The notes beneath the pieces are model-generated. The model was not told the DNA's origin, did no database searches, and was given only the letters and a program-made list of their open reading frames with translations. This document shows positions 19,801 to 29,354 of a stretch of 64,000 nt of DNA, in pieces. Source of the stretch: an uncultured Candidatus Entotheonella sp. (GTDB lineage: Bacteria; Tectomicrobia; Entotheonellia; Entotheonellales; Entotheonellaceae). Positions within the stretch are counted from its first letter, which is position 1, and every line of letters begins with the position of its first letter. Location: NCBI GenBank assembly GCA_965217185.1, contig OZ244252.1, positions 1,024,001-1,088,000 on the forward strand. Direction: 5' to 3'. A program made the translations under genes and the position numbers.

Positions 19801-20892
19801 TGCTTCCCGCTGGCGCCGTCCGATTTCGTCCGCGTCAATCCCAACACCGGCACCGCGCCCGTGTTCCGTACCCGGCGCGACGCCGACATTACCCGTCGCA
19901 TCTACGAACGGCATCCGGTGCTGGTGGACCGCTCAGGCGGCGGCGAGCGCAAGACGTGGCCGGTGAGGTACGTGACGATGTTCCACATGGCCAACGACTC
20001 GCACCTGTTCCGAACCGCTGCACAACTCGAGGCCGACGGGTTTTATCCCGTGGAGGGTAGTCGCTGGAAACGGAGTGAGGAACTGTATCTGCCGCTGTAT
20101 GAGGGCAAGATGGTGCAGGCGTATGACCACCGGGCTGCCAGCGTCGTGAATCGAGAAGACAATCTTTTTCGACCGGGGCAGCCCGACCGCACCCTTGACG
20201 AAGAACATCTTGACCCGGCCTTTTCCCCTCGCCCTCGGTATTGGGTCAGTGAGCAGAAGATTGATGTTGCCTGGAACTTGCGCTGGTTTGTGGCGTTCAA
20301 AGACATTACGGCCTCAACCAACGTGCGTACCATGATTGCCGCCGTCGTTTCGCAGGTTGGGTGTGGGCACACCTTGCCAGTCCTTGTCCCGGCCGAACGC
20401 GGCTTCGACGCTGAAAGCGCGGCTTGTCTGCTTGCCAATCTCAACAGCTTCAGTTTCGATCACGTAGCCCGTCAGAAGGTGCAAGCAACGCATCTCACCT
20501 GGTACGCCATGGAGCAACTCCCTGTCATCGCCCCTGCCGACTATGACCGGTCATTCGGCACCACGACCGCCCGCGCCCTCGTCCGCGACCACGTGCTCCG
20601 CCTCACCTACACCGCCCACGACATGGCGCCCTTTGCGCACGACCTCGGCTACGACGGCCCACTCTTCCCCTGGGACGAAGAAGAACGCCGTCACTTGCGC
20701 GCCCGCCTCGACGCGCTCCACTTCCACCTCTACGGCCTGTCGCGGGAAGACGCTGGTTACGTGCTCAGCACCTTCCCCATCGTGCGCCGCGAGGACGAGA
20801 AAGTCTTCGGCCACTACCGCACACGGGACATGATCCTGGCGTACATGAACGCCCTGGCAGCCGGTGATGCGGAAACGGTGGTGGCGGTTTAG
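16879..20892 (+). CDS. Type IIG (Eco57I-like) fused restriction endonuclease / N6-adenine methyltransferase
   Basis: N-terminal PD...EESK and GILTNG; YNGGLF, LGSIYERLL, RKDSGSFYTP, LDPAMGSGHFL, IYGVD, GFDAVIGNPPW. Confidence 0.9.
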   Translation: MPGQLFTQYFLTDGIRHTPEWRASVERPQAFREFADAVAKRFEAFSRYDSPNESVTEQDLIRPVLALLGWVHNLPQQGAARNEDIPDHLLFADAESKARAASRGNSEERYRDALLIEESKRLGLPLDTRDATDKARSGTPHGQIRRYLSTADSVTDGRLRWGILTNGGVWRLYDTRARPRASGYYEADLTALLRSGNEDALRTFYLLFRRDSFNLRDGAQAPFLETALAEGRRYEEQVARDLSNVVFDTVFPGLVTALARQSTRDLSEIRDAALIFLYRLLFVLYAEDRGLLPVNDPRYDDYGLRKRVRDDIARRTQDGDTFSAHAASYYNHLTTLFTLIDKGDASIGLPPYNGGLFAPASAPMLETARLPDDAVAPIIHAMSHRESHFVNYRDMSVQQLGSIYERLLEREPVRGADGPSKVSIRPNAYARKDSGSFYTPQELVDLIVDRTLKPLAEERLKAFEDKAAALQNDRRPKAERHAELRKLDPAEAVLDLKVLDPAMGSGHFLVTAVDFLSDYISELIEYVPAVPAWLNGAYASPLVQRIERIRHDLLHRAAASNWIIDEAQLTDQAIIRRMVLKRCIYGVDKNRLTVELAKVSLWLHSFTVGAPLSFLDHHLRVGDSLIGVRVQDATGELHRLGGLFAGSAIAGAETATAGMQRIEAMSDADVAEVRESASLFARVEETTADLRGLLDFFCGWRWMTAGMKAREKDRAEGQLVAALRDDAYRLLARGPEHPDCPPQADAAAWAQFAELWRNARAIADREGFLHWEAAFPGVWQHWQNVRPEGGFDAVIGNPPWDRIKLQEVEWFATRAPDLALAPTAAARRKGIQRLRDAGDPLAGAFDDAKARADSLGQLVRVSGDYPLLGGGDINLYSLFVERAMHLVKPDGLVGLLTPSGICADKTAADFFKSVSTSGRLAGLFDFENRKIFFKDVHASFKFCALIFGGEARCFNETRCAFFLHDTAEIDDPDRCFPLAPSDFVRVNPNTGTAPVFRTRRDADITRRIYERHPVLVDRSGGGERKTWPVRYVTMFHMANDSHLFRTAAQLEADGFYPVEGSRWKRSEELYLPLYEGKMVQAYDHRAASVVNREDNLFRPGQPDRTLDEEHLDPAFSPRPRYWVSEQKIDVAWNLRWFVAFKDITASTNVRTMIAAVVSQVGCGHTLPVLVPAERGFDAESAACLLANLNSFSFDHVARQKVQATHLTWYAMEQLPVIAPADYDRSFGTTTARALVRDHVLRLTYTAHDMAPFAHDLGYDGPLFPWDEEERRHLRARLDALHFHLYGLSREDAGYVLSTFPIVRREDEKVFGHYRTRDMILAYMNALAAGDAETVVAV

Positions 20893-21000
20893 AATGGTTA
20901 GTTGGCTTTAAGAAGCTACAAGTGCCACGAACATTTAACCTCACGGAGAGAATCGCAGGTTTGCCACCTTCATCGTTCTCGGTAAAGGGGAATTCTCAGG

Positions 21001-21996
21001 ATGGCTCCCAGGTATTTTTATCACAGCTTTCCAAGACCGCGCATCGGGCAAACACCTAGCCAGACTATTGATAGGGGATGGTCTATCCTCCAATCGATGA
21101 AGCAGCTGGGCTTGATTTTGGCTCCAGAAATTGTCGAGTGGAGAACACCAGTCAGTATCGGGAGTCCATCGCCCATCCGACTTTTGCAACAGCGCGTCTG
21201 CTTTACTGAGTTGTCGCGAAACGAATTAGGAGAACATTTAAAGCGTTTTGGCCCGTTCGCCATCGAATTTGACATTATGGCGTTGAGGCGTGCTGGAGCG
21301 TTACCCGTAATCTACATGCCTCAAGCATTGTCAGAGCAGGACCATATGGCATTACTGGGCGCGTTTCTTGTAAGTCATACTGATCACATCAGGCATACGC
21401 TGGAACAGCTTAATTTTCTGAATCGGTTCAACGACCCAGCCCATGTCCAAAACAAGTTTCCGGGGGCCACACGGATAAGTGATGACTGCATGTTTAATTT
21501 GAGGAATGGCGATGAAGAAAGAGGAACTCTTCAGGAGTTTCAAGTCCCATGGGGTGCGATAAAAGATCTTCTGAGTTTTATTGGCTTTGAAAACGCGCCC
21601 TTTGAAGCAATGACAGCAGTAACTTCCATTGCACAGTCGCTATTCTACCCAACAGACGACGAGCACGTTGATGAACTGCTTGGCTACTATAGGCAACGTG
21701 AATGGCGAATTACGGCGGGCTATTTTGTCAATGGAGCCCCTCGTGGGCGTACCCTTGACGAGAACGAGAAGCAATTTCTCATCGATCTCGACAACGCCTT
21801 TTGGAAACGTGAGTTGGGGCATAAGAATGAAACATTTCGCCGCGTAGACAGAGCAGTTTCACTCTCTCAGCCCAACCCGGGTGATTTGTTTGAGACGGCT
21901 ACCCGGCTGATTGTTCCAAGCGAAAAAATCCATGAAACGCGCCAACTTTTTGGTGATCTCTCTATCGAGGTGGATCAGTCCGGAAAACCGTCATGA
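21001..21996 (+). CDS. AbiGi-like (abortive-infection-associated) protein
   Basis: RVCFTE...H...FGPFAIEF...GALPVIY and QREWR resemble the AbiGi/DUF2743 pattern; lower GC than neighbours. Confidence 0.5.
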   Translation: MAPRYFYHSFPRPRIGQTPSQTIDRGWSILQSMKQLGLILAPEIVEWRTPVSIGSPSPIRLLQQRVCFTELSRNELGEHLKRFGPFAIEFDIMALRRAGALPVIYMPQALSEQDHMALLGAFLVSHTDHIRHTLEQLNFLNRFNDPAHVQNKFPGATRISDDCMFNLRNGDEERGTLQEFQVPWGAIKDLLSFIGFENAPFEAMTAVTSIAQSLFYPTDDEHVDELLGYYRQREWRITAGYFVNGAPRGRTLDENEKQFLIDLDNAFWKRELGHKNETFRRVDRAVSLSQPNPGDLFETATRLIVPSEKIHETRQLFGDLSIEVDQSGKPS

Positions 21997-22446
21997 TCAA
22001 TAGAGGCTGTCCCACCTTTGTTGCGAAGCCAACAGGCGAGTTCAACAAACCATGCTGCGACGGGCCGCATCGTCAGGGAACATGCGGTACGGCTGTGGGC
22101 CAGCGTCATGCCTTGTCCACAGTTTTCCGGGGCTTCTTGTGCCATTGACAGCCTTCTTTGACCTAACCTTGACACGGAGCCGGTGCGACTTCTTACTGTA
22201 GTCCAAATTGAACGCAACTTGCGGCGATTGACGGCATGACTAGACGATGAAAGAAATCGCCTAATGCCTCGGCGGACCCATGACGCGGCTGGATTTGATT
22301 CGTTATTTACGCTCGTGGGACTGAGGGGCCGCATTGGGTGGGGGGTTATGCTCAGGGCGGACACGACATCAAGACTTGCCTCTGGTCGCCCGTGCCTGAG
22401 CGGCACCGTTAAGCCAATGCGACACAACCCACGAGGGGGGTAAATA

Positions 22447-22662
22447 ATGCCAAAGGCTCTGCCTTTTGGAGAGGTCTTGGAAGGTATCGAGACCTTATCT
22501 CTGGAAGATCAGGAAATTCTCAAAGAGATTCTGCATCGTCGTATTGTCGAGCGGCGACGGGAAGAACTTGTCCAAGACGTTCAACAGGCGCAGCAAGAAT
22601 TTCGAGCGGGTGAGTGTCGCCCCGTGACACTGGAAGAACTCACGAAAGAGATCGTGTCGTGA
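22447..22662 (+). CDS. Small putative antitoxin
   Basis: 71 aa, LSLEDQEIL...V.QA.QEF..G; overlaps a toxin-like start (GTGA). Confidence 0.6.
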   Translation: MPKALPFGEVLEGIETLSLEDQEILKEILHRRIVERRREELVQDVQQAQQEFRAGECRPVTLEELTKEIVS

Positions 22663-22760
22663 CGCGACTCTTGCTGCGCTCCAGTGCCTTTGTGCGGGCA
22701 GCCTGACGCGTGGTGAAGACATCCCCATGTCGCTGAGGCCTATCTGTCCAAAGCGGAAAT
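22659..22760 (+). pseudogene. RelE/YafQ-type toxin remnant
   Basis: MTRLLLRSSAFVRAA then TGA at 22704, followed by RVVK; end coordinate approximate. Confidence 0.55.
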
Positions 22761-22838
22761 TGACCGAATTCCGTGGCCATCCAAGCTCTTCCAGCCGCAT
22801 GACAATCAACCCCATAGAGTTGTCCAGAGGCCGATATC

Positions 22839-23027
22839 ATGCAGACGCCAGACGTGAAGAAGGAAGCCCACCGCCTGATAGAAAGTCTGCCTGAAAGTGC
22901 TACCTGGGATGATCTGACGTACACCATCTATGTCCGGCAAGCCATTGAGGCCGGACTCGAAGATAGCGAAGCCGGTCGGGCATTGGACGTCGGTGAAGTC
23001 CGGGCGAAGTTTGGGTTGTCAGGGTGA
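22839..23027 (+). CDS. Small putative antitoxin of RelE/ParE-type modules
   Basis: KKEAHRLIESLPESATWDDLTYTIYVRQAIEAGLEDSEAGR...EVRAKFGL. Confidence 0.7.
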   Translation: MQTPDVKKEAHRLIESLPESATWDDLTYTIYVRQAIEAGLEDSEAGRALDVGEVRAKFGLSG

Positions 23028-23120
23028 GGGTGCGCTGGACGAGCACCGTTTCGGACACCCAATGTTGAGGATGGTAACGCTGTATGAGCCGAATCCGAAC
23101 GAATGGATCGATTATCCAGA
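23024..23120 (+). pseudogene. Fused remnants: ParE-like N-terminus joined to DUF4258-like C-terminus
   Basis: GTG 23024 gives MRVRWTST; another frame then gives LRMVTLYEPNPNEWIDY. Confidence 0.5.
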
Positions 23121-23130
23121 AGGAGAAGGC

Positions 23131-23364
23131 ATGCCTGTCTGCCCAGTCTGTCATGCTGAGGAGAGCCGGGAAGAACGGGTTGACGAGGTCTTCCGAATTG
23201 GCGGGCAATACGTTCTCGTTGGCGGCATTCCGGCTATGGTATGCGCCCGGTGCGGTGAGCAAGCCTTCAGCCGAGAGACCGTAGAGAAAATCCGCGTGAT
23301 GGTTCACGGTGAAGCCAAGGCCATCAAGTCTGTTCCATTGCAAGTCTTCGACTTCGCCTCCTGA
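23131..23364 (+). CDS. YgiT-type zinc-finger (MqsA-like) antitoxin
   Basis: CPVC...VLVGGIPAMVCARCGEQAFSRETVEKI; AGGAG RBS. Confidence 0.8.
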   Translation: MPVCPVCHAEESREERVDEVFRIGGQYVLVGGIPAMVCARCGEQAFSRETVEKIRVMVHGEAKAIKSVPLQVFDFAS

Positions 23365-23550
23365 ATTCGTGTCATCTCTGCCCGAGACATGAAACACAAG
23401 GAGCGCGTCCGTTATGAGCAGCAAACGTAAACCCATACCCGCTTTCAAGAATGAGGCGGAAGGGCGGGATTTCTGGGAACGTCACGATTCGGCTGATTAT
23501 GTGGAATGGGATACGGCTGAGTGTGTCCGTTTCCCCAATCTCGAATCATC
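23365..23550 (+). pseudogene. BrnT C-terminal remnant plus truncated BrnA/CopG antitoxin
   Basis: IRVISARDMKHKERVRYEQQT* (23365-23430); from 23414 MSSKRKPIPAFKNEAEGRDFWERHDSADYVEW...FPNL, then similarity is lost. Confidence 0.65.
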
Positions 23551-23604
23551 CGAGGTGATGGCCGTGGACGAAGAAGCGAATCGCGCGCCTGCAGGCTTCC
23601 TTTT

Positions 23605-23668
23605 GCGGGCTGGAAGCCCGCGCTCCCGGGGGCTCCCTCTCCCTCTGGGAGAGGGCTGGGGTGAGGGG
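23605..23668. repeat. REP-like palindromes
   Basis: GCGGGCTGGAAGCCCGC hairpin followed by CCCTCTCCCTCTGGGAGAGGGCTGGGGTGAGGGG. Confidence 0.65.
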
Positions 23669-23787
23669 GAAAGCTGCCATATGTGCTCACCCCGTTATGT
23701 GTAAAAGGACAGACGGCTGTATCGGCTTGCGTATGGTAGGATGAACGCTTGTGCAAAGCCTCTTGTGGCAGAGAAAGGAACCAGCCC

Positions 23788-24168
23788 ATGGCAGAGCAGA
23801 CGAAAACCTCCATCGACAAGGTAAAGGAACTCGCTCCCACCATAAGCCTGTTTACCCTGGTCGTTCTGACCATCACGCTCAGCGTGATGTCCCAGATCAA
23901 CATCGGGAACCGGCTCGACGCCATGCAGGCGGAAACCAATCGCCGGTTCGACGTCATGCTGGCAGAAACCAATCGTCGGTTCGACGCCATACAGGCAGAA
24001 GACAACCGCCGGTTCGACGAGCTCAACCGCCGGCTCGACGCCACGCAGGCGGAAACCAACCGCCGGTTCGACGAGCTCAACCGCCGATTCGATGAATTAT
24101 TCGAAGTCCTCCGCATCTTCGAAGGAAGAATCTCCCGGCTTGAAGGACAAGCAAGCCCTGCCGAATGA
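23788..24168 (+). CDS. Membrane-anchored coiled-coil protein with internal tandem repeats
   Basis: Hydrophobic helix, then (AMQAETNRRFD)-type 11-aa and (ELNRRFD)-type 7-aa units; AAGGA RBS. Confidence 0.7.
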   Translation: MAEQTKTSIDKVKELAPTISLFTLVVLTITLSVMSQINIGNRLDAMQAETNRRFDVMLAETNRRFDAIQAEDNRRFDELNRRLDATQAETNRRFDELNRRFDELFEVLRIFEGRISRLEGQASPAE

Positions 24169-24254
24169 CGGCCCAAAGGAATGACCTGCCTTCCCTGCCG
24201 GAACACACCGACCAGGACCCCGCACCGTTCACGTCACACACCACAGGCAGAGCG

Positions 24255-24294
24255 CCCCCTCGCCCCCAACCCTCTCCCGCCAAGGGAGAGGGGG
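24255..24294. repeat. Inverted copy of the CCCTCTCCC...GGGAGAGGG repeat
   Basis: CCCCTCGCCCCCAACCCTCTCCCGCCAAGGGAGAGGGGG is an imperfect reverse complement of 23633-23668. Confidence 0.65.
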
Positions 24295-24314
24295 CAGCAT
24301 GATCCAATACGTCT

Positions 24315-25994
24315 TTAACCCACCATGTCGTAGCTGCGCAACAATTTACCTGGCAAGGCGCTGGTGCACTCATTCTCCTCGAACGTGACGGCGCCATTCA
24401 CCAGGATGTGGCGGATGCCGGTGGGTTTCTGCACCCGGCGCCATTCGCCGCCAGGAAAATCGCTCGCATAGGTCGGCTTGTCGTAGACGTAGCCGAGTTG
24501 TTCGAGATCATAGATCATGATGTCGGCCCAGTCGCCAACACGCAGTGTGCCGCGCCCCTTGAAATCGGCGATCCAGGCCGGGTAGGCGCTCATCTTGTAA
24601 TGCGCCTGCTCGATGCTGACCAACTGCCGATCCCGCACCCAGTAGCCCAGAAAATGGACCGGCCAGGTGCTGATGGTGAGATAGCGGGTGTGGGCGCCGC
24701 CGTCCGACAGGGAAATGTGGGAGTAAGGGCTGGAAATACGGCGGGCCAGAGCCTCGTCCCCTCGGTTCGACATCTGGTGGCTGAACGTCGTCTGCAGTCC
24801 CTCATCCAGCGCCAGATCGAGGAGCGCATCCAGCGGGTCCTTCTGTTGCTTGGCGGCCAAGTCTTCGATGCTCAAGCCCTCGTACTGCCGGTTGTGTTCT
24901 TGGACCACCTCGACCACGGTCATGTGACGCCAATCGGTTCTGGCATGCGGCCGGTCGGCCACGTCGCGTTTCATGGCGGCGCGCGTCTCCGCGTTGCGCA
25001 ACTTCAGGCCGCGCTCGACAGCCGTGCCCACCAGCGGCTGAATCCAGTTGGGCATGTAATCGAACATGTTGTACTCAGCCAGCGTGAACTCCGACACGGG
25101 GTCCATGGAATTCTGCTGCACCACCACCGGCAGCCCTTCGGCACGCGCTTCGCTGGCCCACGTGTAACCTTCCTCATCATCCCCAACGGCCACGTGCAGC
25201 GGCCGTCCGCTGCGCTGCATCATGTCCAGAAGCAGCAGGTGTTGTTCATGGGCCGTGTTGGAAATGCCGATGGTCCATCCCATGTGGCCGACGCCAAAGT
25301 CGGACATCACGTCCGCGAGCCCGAGAAACTCCTCCGGCGACGCCACGTGGCTCGGTAATGCACTGCCGTCTTCCGTGCGATCTTCGAGATTCTGGTCGGC
25401 AGAGAAGCCGAAAGCGCCGGCTTGCATGGCTTCGTGGAGAAGCTTTTTCATCTGGCTCAGTTCGGCCTCAGTTACCGAGGTGCGCTCGCGCGCTTCTCGC
25501 ATCCCCAGCACGTAGCCACGCAGCGGCGAGAACGGCACCAGCGCGCCCACGTTCACCCCCAAGCCCTGGCGGTCCAGGCTGTCGAGGTACTCCGGGAAGG
25601 TCTCCCAATCCCAGCGCAGCCCGAGTTCCATCGACTTCATGGGGATGGCCTCAATGCGGTTCATCATGCGCATGTTGAGATCACGGTCCTCGGGTCGCGT
25701 TGGCGCGAACCCAAAGCCGCATTGGCCGATGCTGACGGAGGTGACGCCAAACCAGCCGGACAACGTGGCGTAAGGATCCCAGTTCAGCTGGGCGTCATAA
25801 TGGGTGTGCAGGTCAATCGCGCCGGGCGCCACGTTGCACCCCTTGGCGTCGATCTCCCGGGCGCCGCCGGCTTTGATACGACCGCTAATCATGGCCACCC
25901 GACCGTCCTTCACGGCCAGATCGGCTCGAAACGGTGGAATCCCTGTTCCATCCACAATGGTGCCGCCGCGAATAACCACGTCATATTCAGCCAT
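24315..25994 (-). CDS. N-acyl-D-amino-acid deacylase family amidohydrolase
   Basis: YDVVIRGGTIVDGTG, PGAIDLHTHYDAQ, GQCGFGFAP, SDGGAH, RGTLRVGDWADI; AAGGAG RBS. Confidence 0.9.
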   Translation of the reverse strand: MAEYDVVIRGGTIVDGTGIPPFRADLAVKDGRVAMISGRIKAGGAREIDAKGCNVAPGAIDLHTHYDAQLNWDPYATLSGWFGVTSVSIGQCGFGFAPTRPEDRDLNMRMMNRIEAIPMKSMELGLRWDWETFPEYLDSLDRQGLGVNVGALVPFSPLRGYVLGMREARERTSVTEAELSQMKKLLHEAMQAGAFGFSADQNLEDRTEDGSALPSHVASPEEFLGLADVMSDFGVGHMGWTIGISNTAHEQHLLLLDMMQRSGRPLHVAVGDDEEGYTWASEARAEGLPVVVQQNSMDPVSEFTLAEYNMFDYMPNWIQPLVGTAVERGLKLRNAETRAAMKRDVADRPHARTDWRHMTVVEVVQEHNRQYEGLSIEDLAAKQQKDPLDALLDLALDEGLQTTFSHQMSNRGDEALARRISSPYSHISLSDGGAHTRYLTISTWPVHFLGYWVRDRQLVSIEQAHYKMSAYPAWIADFKGRGTLRVGDWADIMIYDLEQLGYVYDKPTYASDFPGGEWRRVQKPTGIRHILVNGAVTFEENECTSALPGKLLRSYDMVG

Positions 25995-26260
25995 GTCATA
26001 CTCCTTACGTTTTGACACGTTTTGACGGTTCCTCGAACTTTCACCTGACCGCATCATACCACCGTTAAGCCCTTACGCTACCTCCCAAATTCTGCCGTCC
26101 CCAACCTGACTCGTCCAGGAACTCATGCGTCATCAAAAAAGCCTGCAGCCATACAACCCGCCTTATAGCGTCGATAGCTGTCACCGAACACGACATGATG
26201 GCATTGGACACCCATCGTCAACATGGCACTGGCCCACCACAAGCCCAGCCTGCCTGAGCC

Positions 26261-26971
26261 CTATGTCAACGCCTCGGCCAACGCCGCAAGGTTTGGTACG
26301 ATCAGGTCGGGCTGATGCGGTGTGTCGCCATAGGGGCGGCTGCGACGATCGACAAATGCCGCGCGCATGCCATAGGCCTTCGCACCGATGCAGTCGAAGG
26401 CATGATTGGCGACGTGCATAATGCTCGTTCGCGCCTCCCCGATCAGCTCTTCAGCCTTCTGATACGTCTTGTAATGGGGCTTGAAATATCCCGCTTCTTC
26501 AACCGAGATTGTCTGGTCAAAATCGAAGCCAATCGACGGCTTCGCATTTTCCAGCATATCCCGGTCGCCGTTAGACAGAATCACGAGACGGTAACGGGTT
26601 CGGAGTTGGGAGAGCGCGTCAAGAACGTCTGGAAAAGGCCGCAATTGCTCGATCTGGGCGACCAGCCACTGCACCTCTTCCTGCGTATAGGCAATACCTG
26701 CTCGGGTCATCACGTGCGACACCGCCCGGTGGCCGATCTGCCGGTACGGCGTGTGACCGCGGTCACACAGCGCATCGATCATCGAATCCTCGTAATGGGT
26801 GCGCCGCCACCAGGTGACAAAGCGGTGCGGCTCACCGTCCCAGCCTTTCTTGCGCAGAAAGGGTGTGACCGCATCGATCAAGCCTTGCTGCATATCGACA
26901 ACGGTACCGTACTGATCGAACATCAACACCTTGACCTCGCGCTTGAGCACGTCAATCGTCGCCGCTGTCAT
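26261..26971 (-). CDS. Haloacid dehalogenase type II
   Basis: FDQYGTVVD, LSNGD, FKPH, HVANHAFDCIGAK. Confidence 0.88.
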   Translation of the reverse strand: MTAATIDVLKREVKVLMFDQYGTVVDMQQGLIDAVTPFLRKKGWDGEPHRFVTWWRRTHYEDSMIDALCDRGHTPYRQIGHRAVSHVMTRAGIAYTQEEVQWLVAQIEQLRPFPDVLDALSQLRTRYRLVILSNGDRDMLENAKPSIGFDFDQTISVEEAGYFKPHYKTYQKAEELIGEARTSIMHVANHAFDCIGAKAYGMRAAFVDRRSRPYGDTPHQPDLIVPNLAALAEALT

Positions 26972-27007
26972 TGCAATCGCTTCCTCCCGACAGATTTAAG
27001 GTTTCCA

Positions 27008-27828
<821 letters not shown>

Positions 27829-28018
27829 TAAGTCATTGTATTTACAGGAATTCTTGAAAAAATAGACAGTTTTTATTTCGTCTCAGTACGTGATTTATTT
27901 CGATGAAAATTCTCTATCCTATTCATATAAAAGGAGTTTTGGACTATGATAGAATCAATTATAATAGAATTTCCAAGTGGGCGTTTTCCAAAGTCATGGG
28001 AGCAAGAAAGGAAAAATC

Positions 28019-28198
28019 ATGACCGAGAAGTCCGAATTTCAGGCAATGGAATCGAGCGCACCTAATCTGCTGGAAGTTGACACCAGCCAACTACCCAGCG
28101 TCACACTTGCCAGGCTCATTGAGGAAGTCCGCAATGAGGAAACTTCAACCATGCACCCTTACGACCGAGTGCACAATCGGCATAACCGGGGTCATTAA
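28019..28198 (+). CDS. YhhA-type triceptide (cyclophane RiPP) precursor
   Basis: Leader LARLIEEVR and core YDRVHNRHNRGH (YxR, HxR, HxR motifs), directly before an rSAM/SPASM gene. Confidence 0.85.
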   Translation: MTEKSEFQAMESSAPNLLEVDTSQLPSVTLARLIEEVRNEETSTMHPYDRVHNRHNRGH

Positions 28199-28226
28199 TC
28201 GTGCTTTCCTGTTGGAAATTGAGATT

Positions 28227-29354
28227 GTGATTGAAATCGATACGGTCCTCATCAAGGTTGCCAGCCGCTGCAATATCAACTGCCGCTATTGTTATGTGTA
28301 CAACATGGGCGACACGCGCTGGGCGGACATGCCCAAGCAGATGGCTGTCGAAACGGTGTTGGCGGTAGCGTGCGCCCTTGATGCATTGTCACGGCAACAA
28401 AGGCGTCGTTTTGCAGTCGTTCTTCACGGTGGGGAACCGTTGTTGATTGGCCCCGAAAGACTGACTTTTCTCCTTGCCCGGCTACGCGATGTCCTGTCGA
28501 CTGAATACCCTTTTAGCGTCCAGACCAATGGTATGTTGATTTCTCAAGCAGTCCTTGATGTCTGCTCTGAATTTCGCACTAGCCTGGGAGTCAGTATCGA
28601 TGGACCACGGGGGATTCATGATCGTCATCGAATCGACCACGCTGGTCAAGGAACCCACGATAAGGTTCTGGAGGGAATTGCGCGACTACAAAATCATCCC
28701 GACGGGCGTTTTCTTTATGCCGGCCTTCTGGCCGTAATTGACCCGACATCCGACCCGGCCGAGGTATATGGATATTTTAAGGAATTGGGCGCCCCGAGCG
28801 TGGATTTCTTGTATCGCGACGGGAATCACTCGCAACTGCCATACGGTAAAGCCTCGTTCCAATCTGCGGAGTACGGGCGATGGCTCTCCCGGCTCCTGGA
28901 TGTTTACCTCGCCGACCCGACTCCGATCCGCATTCGGTTGCTCGATGACATGATCAAACTGATATTGGGCGGCTCTGGGACGAAAGAAGGGCTAGGGCCG
29001 ACCGATTTTGGGATTGTTGTGATTGACACGGATGGATCGGTCACCAAAAACGATACGCTGAAGAGTTCCTTCAATGGAGCCGACTGTTTTCAGCAGCAGT
29101 GGTCGGTTCATACGCATCGCCTCGCCGACATCGCCAATTCCCCTGAATTTGCCTCGTATCATGCTCTTCAGCGCCCCAGCGCTTCTTGCTGCCTGTCTTG
29201 CCCGGAACTTGCTGTGTGCGGTGGGGGAATGCCTGTGAATCGGTGGCGAAATGAGAACGGTTACGAGAATCCATCAGTCTACTGCGCGGATCAGCTTGTA
29301 TTGATCCGCCACATGCGCAACCGGCTGGCGTCGCTCGTGGAATCGTGTCGGTAA
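28227..29354 (+). CDS. Cyclophane-forming radical SAM/SPASM peptide maturase (YhhB-like)
   Basis: KVASRCNINCRYCY, LHGGEPLL, QTNG, VSIDGP; SPASM CLSC...CGGG...NPSVYCAD; start approximate. Confidence 0.88.
   Translation: MIEIDTVLIKVASRCNINCRYCYVYNMGDTRWADMPKQMAVETVLAVACALDALSRQQRRRFAVVLHGGEPLLIGPERLTFLLARLRDVLSTEYPFSVQTNGMLISQAVLDVCSEFRTSLGVSIDGPRGIHDRHRIDHAGQGTHDKVLEGIARLQNHPDGRFLYAGLLAVIDPTSDPAEVYGYFKELGAPSVDFLYRDGNHSQLPYGKASFQSAEYGRWLSRLLDVYLADPTPIRIRLLDDMIKLILGGSGTKEGLGPTDFGIVVIDTDGSVTKNDTLKSSFNGADCFQQQWSVHTHRLADIANSPEFASYHALQRPSASCCLSCPELAVCGGGMPVNRWRNENGYENPSVYCADQLVLIRHMRNRLASLVESCR

Noticed and set aside
16948..19914. 988-aa antisense ORF (and similar long shadow ORFs over urtA, ureC, fabF and uxaA)
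   Set aside because: Mirror frames of high-GC coding genes with no recognisable motifs
22704..22706. In-frame TGA in the toxin remnant as selenocysteine
   Set aside because: The position looks like Arg (CGA to TGA), the downstream frame decays, and no SECIS-like hairpin was seen
23909..24095. Possible CRISPR array
   Set aside because: Repeats are contiguous in-frame coding units with no unique spacers and no cas genes
27829..27850. TAAGTCATTGTATTTA as an integrative-element end
   Set aside because: No partner site or integrase found in the window; too weak to call
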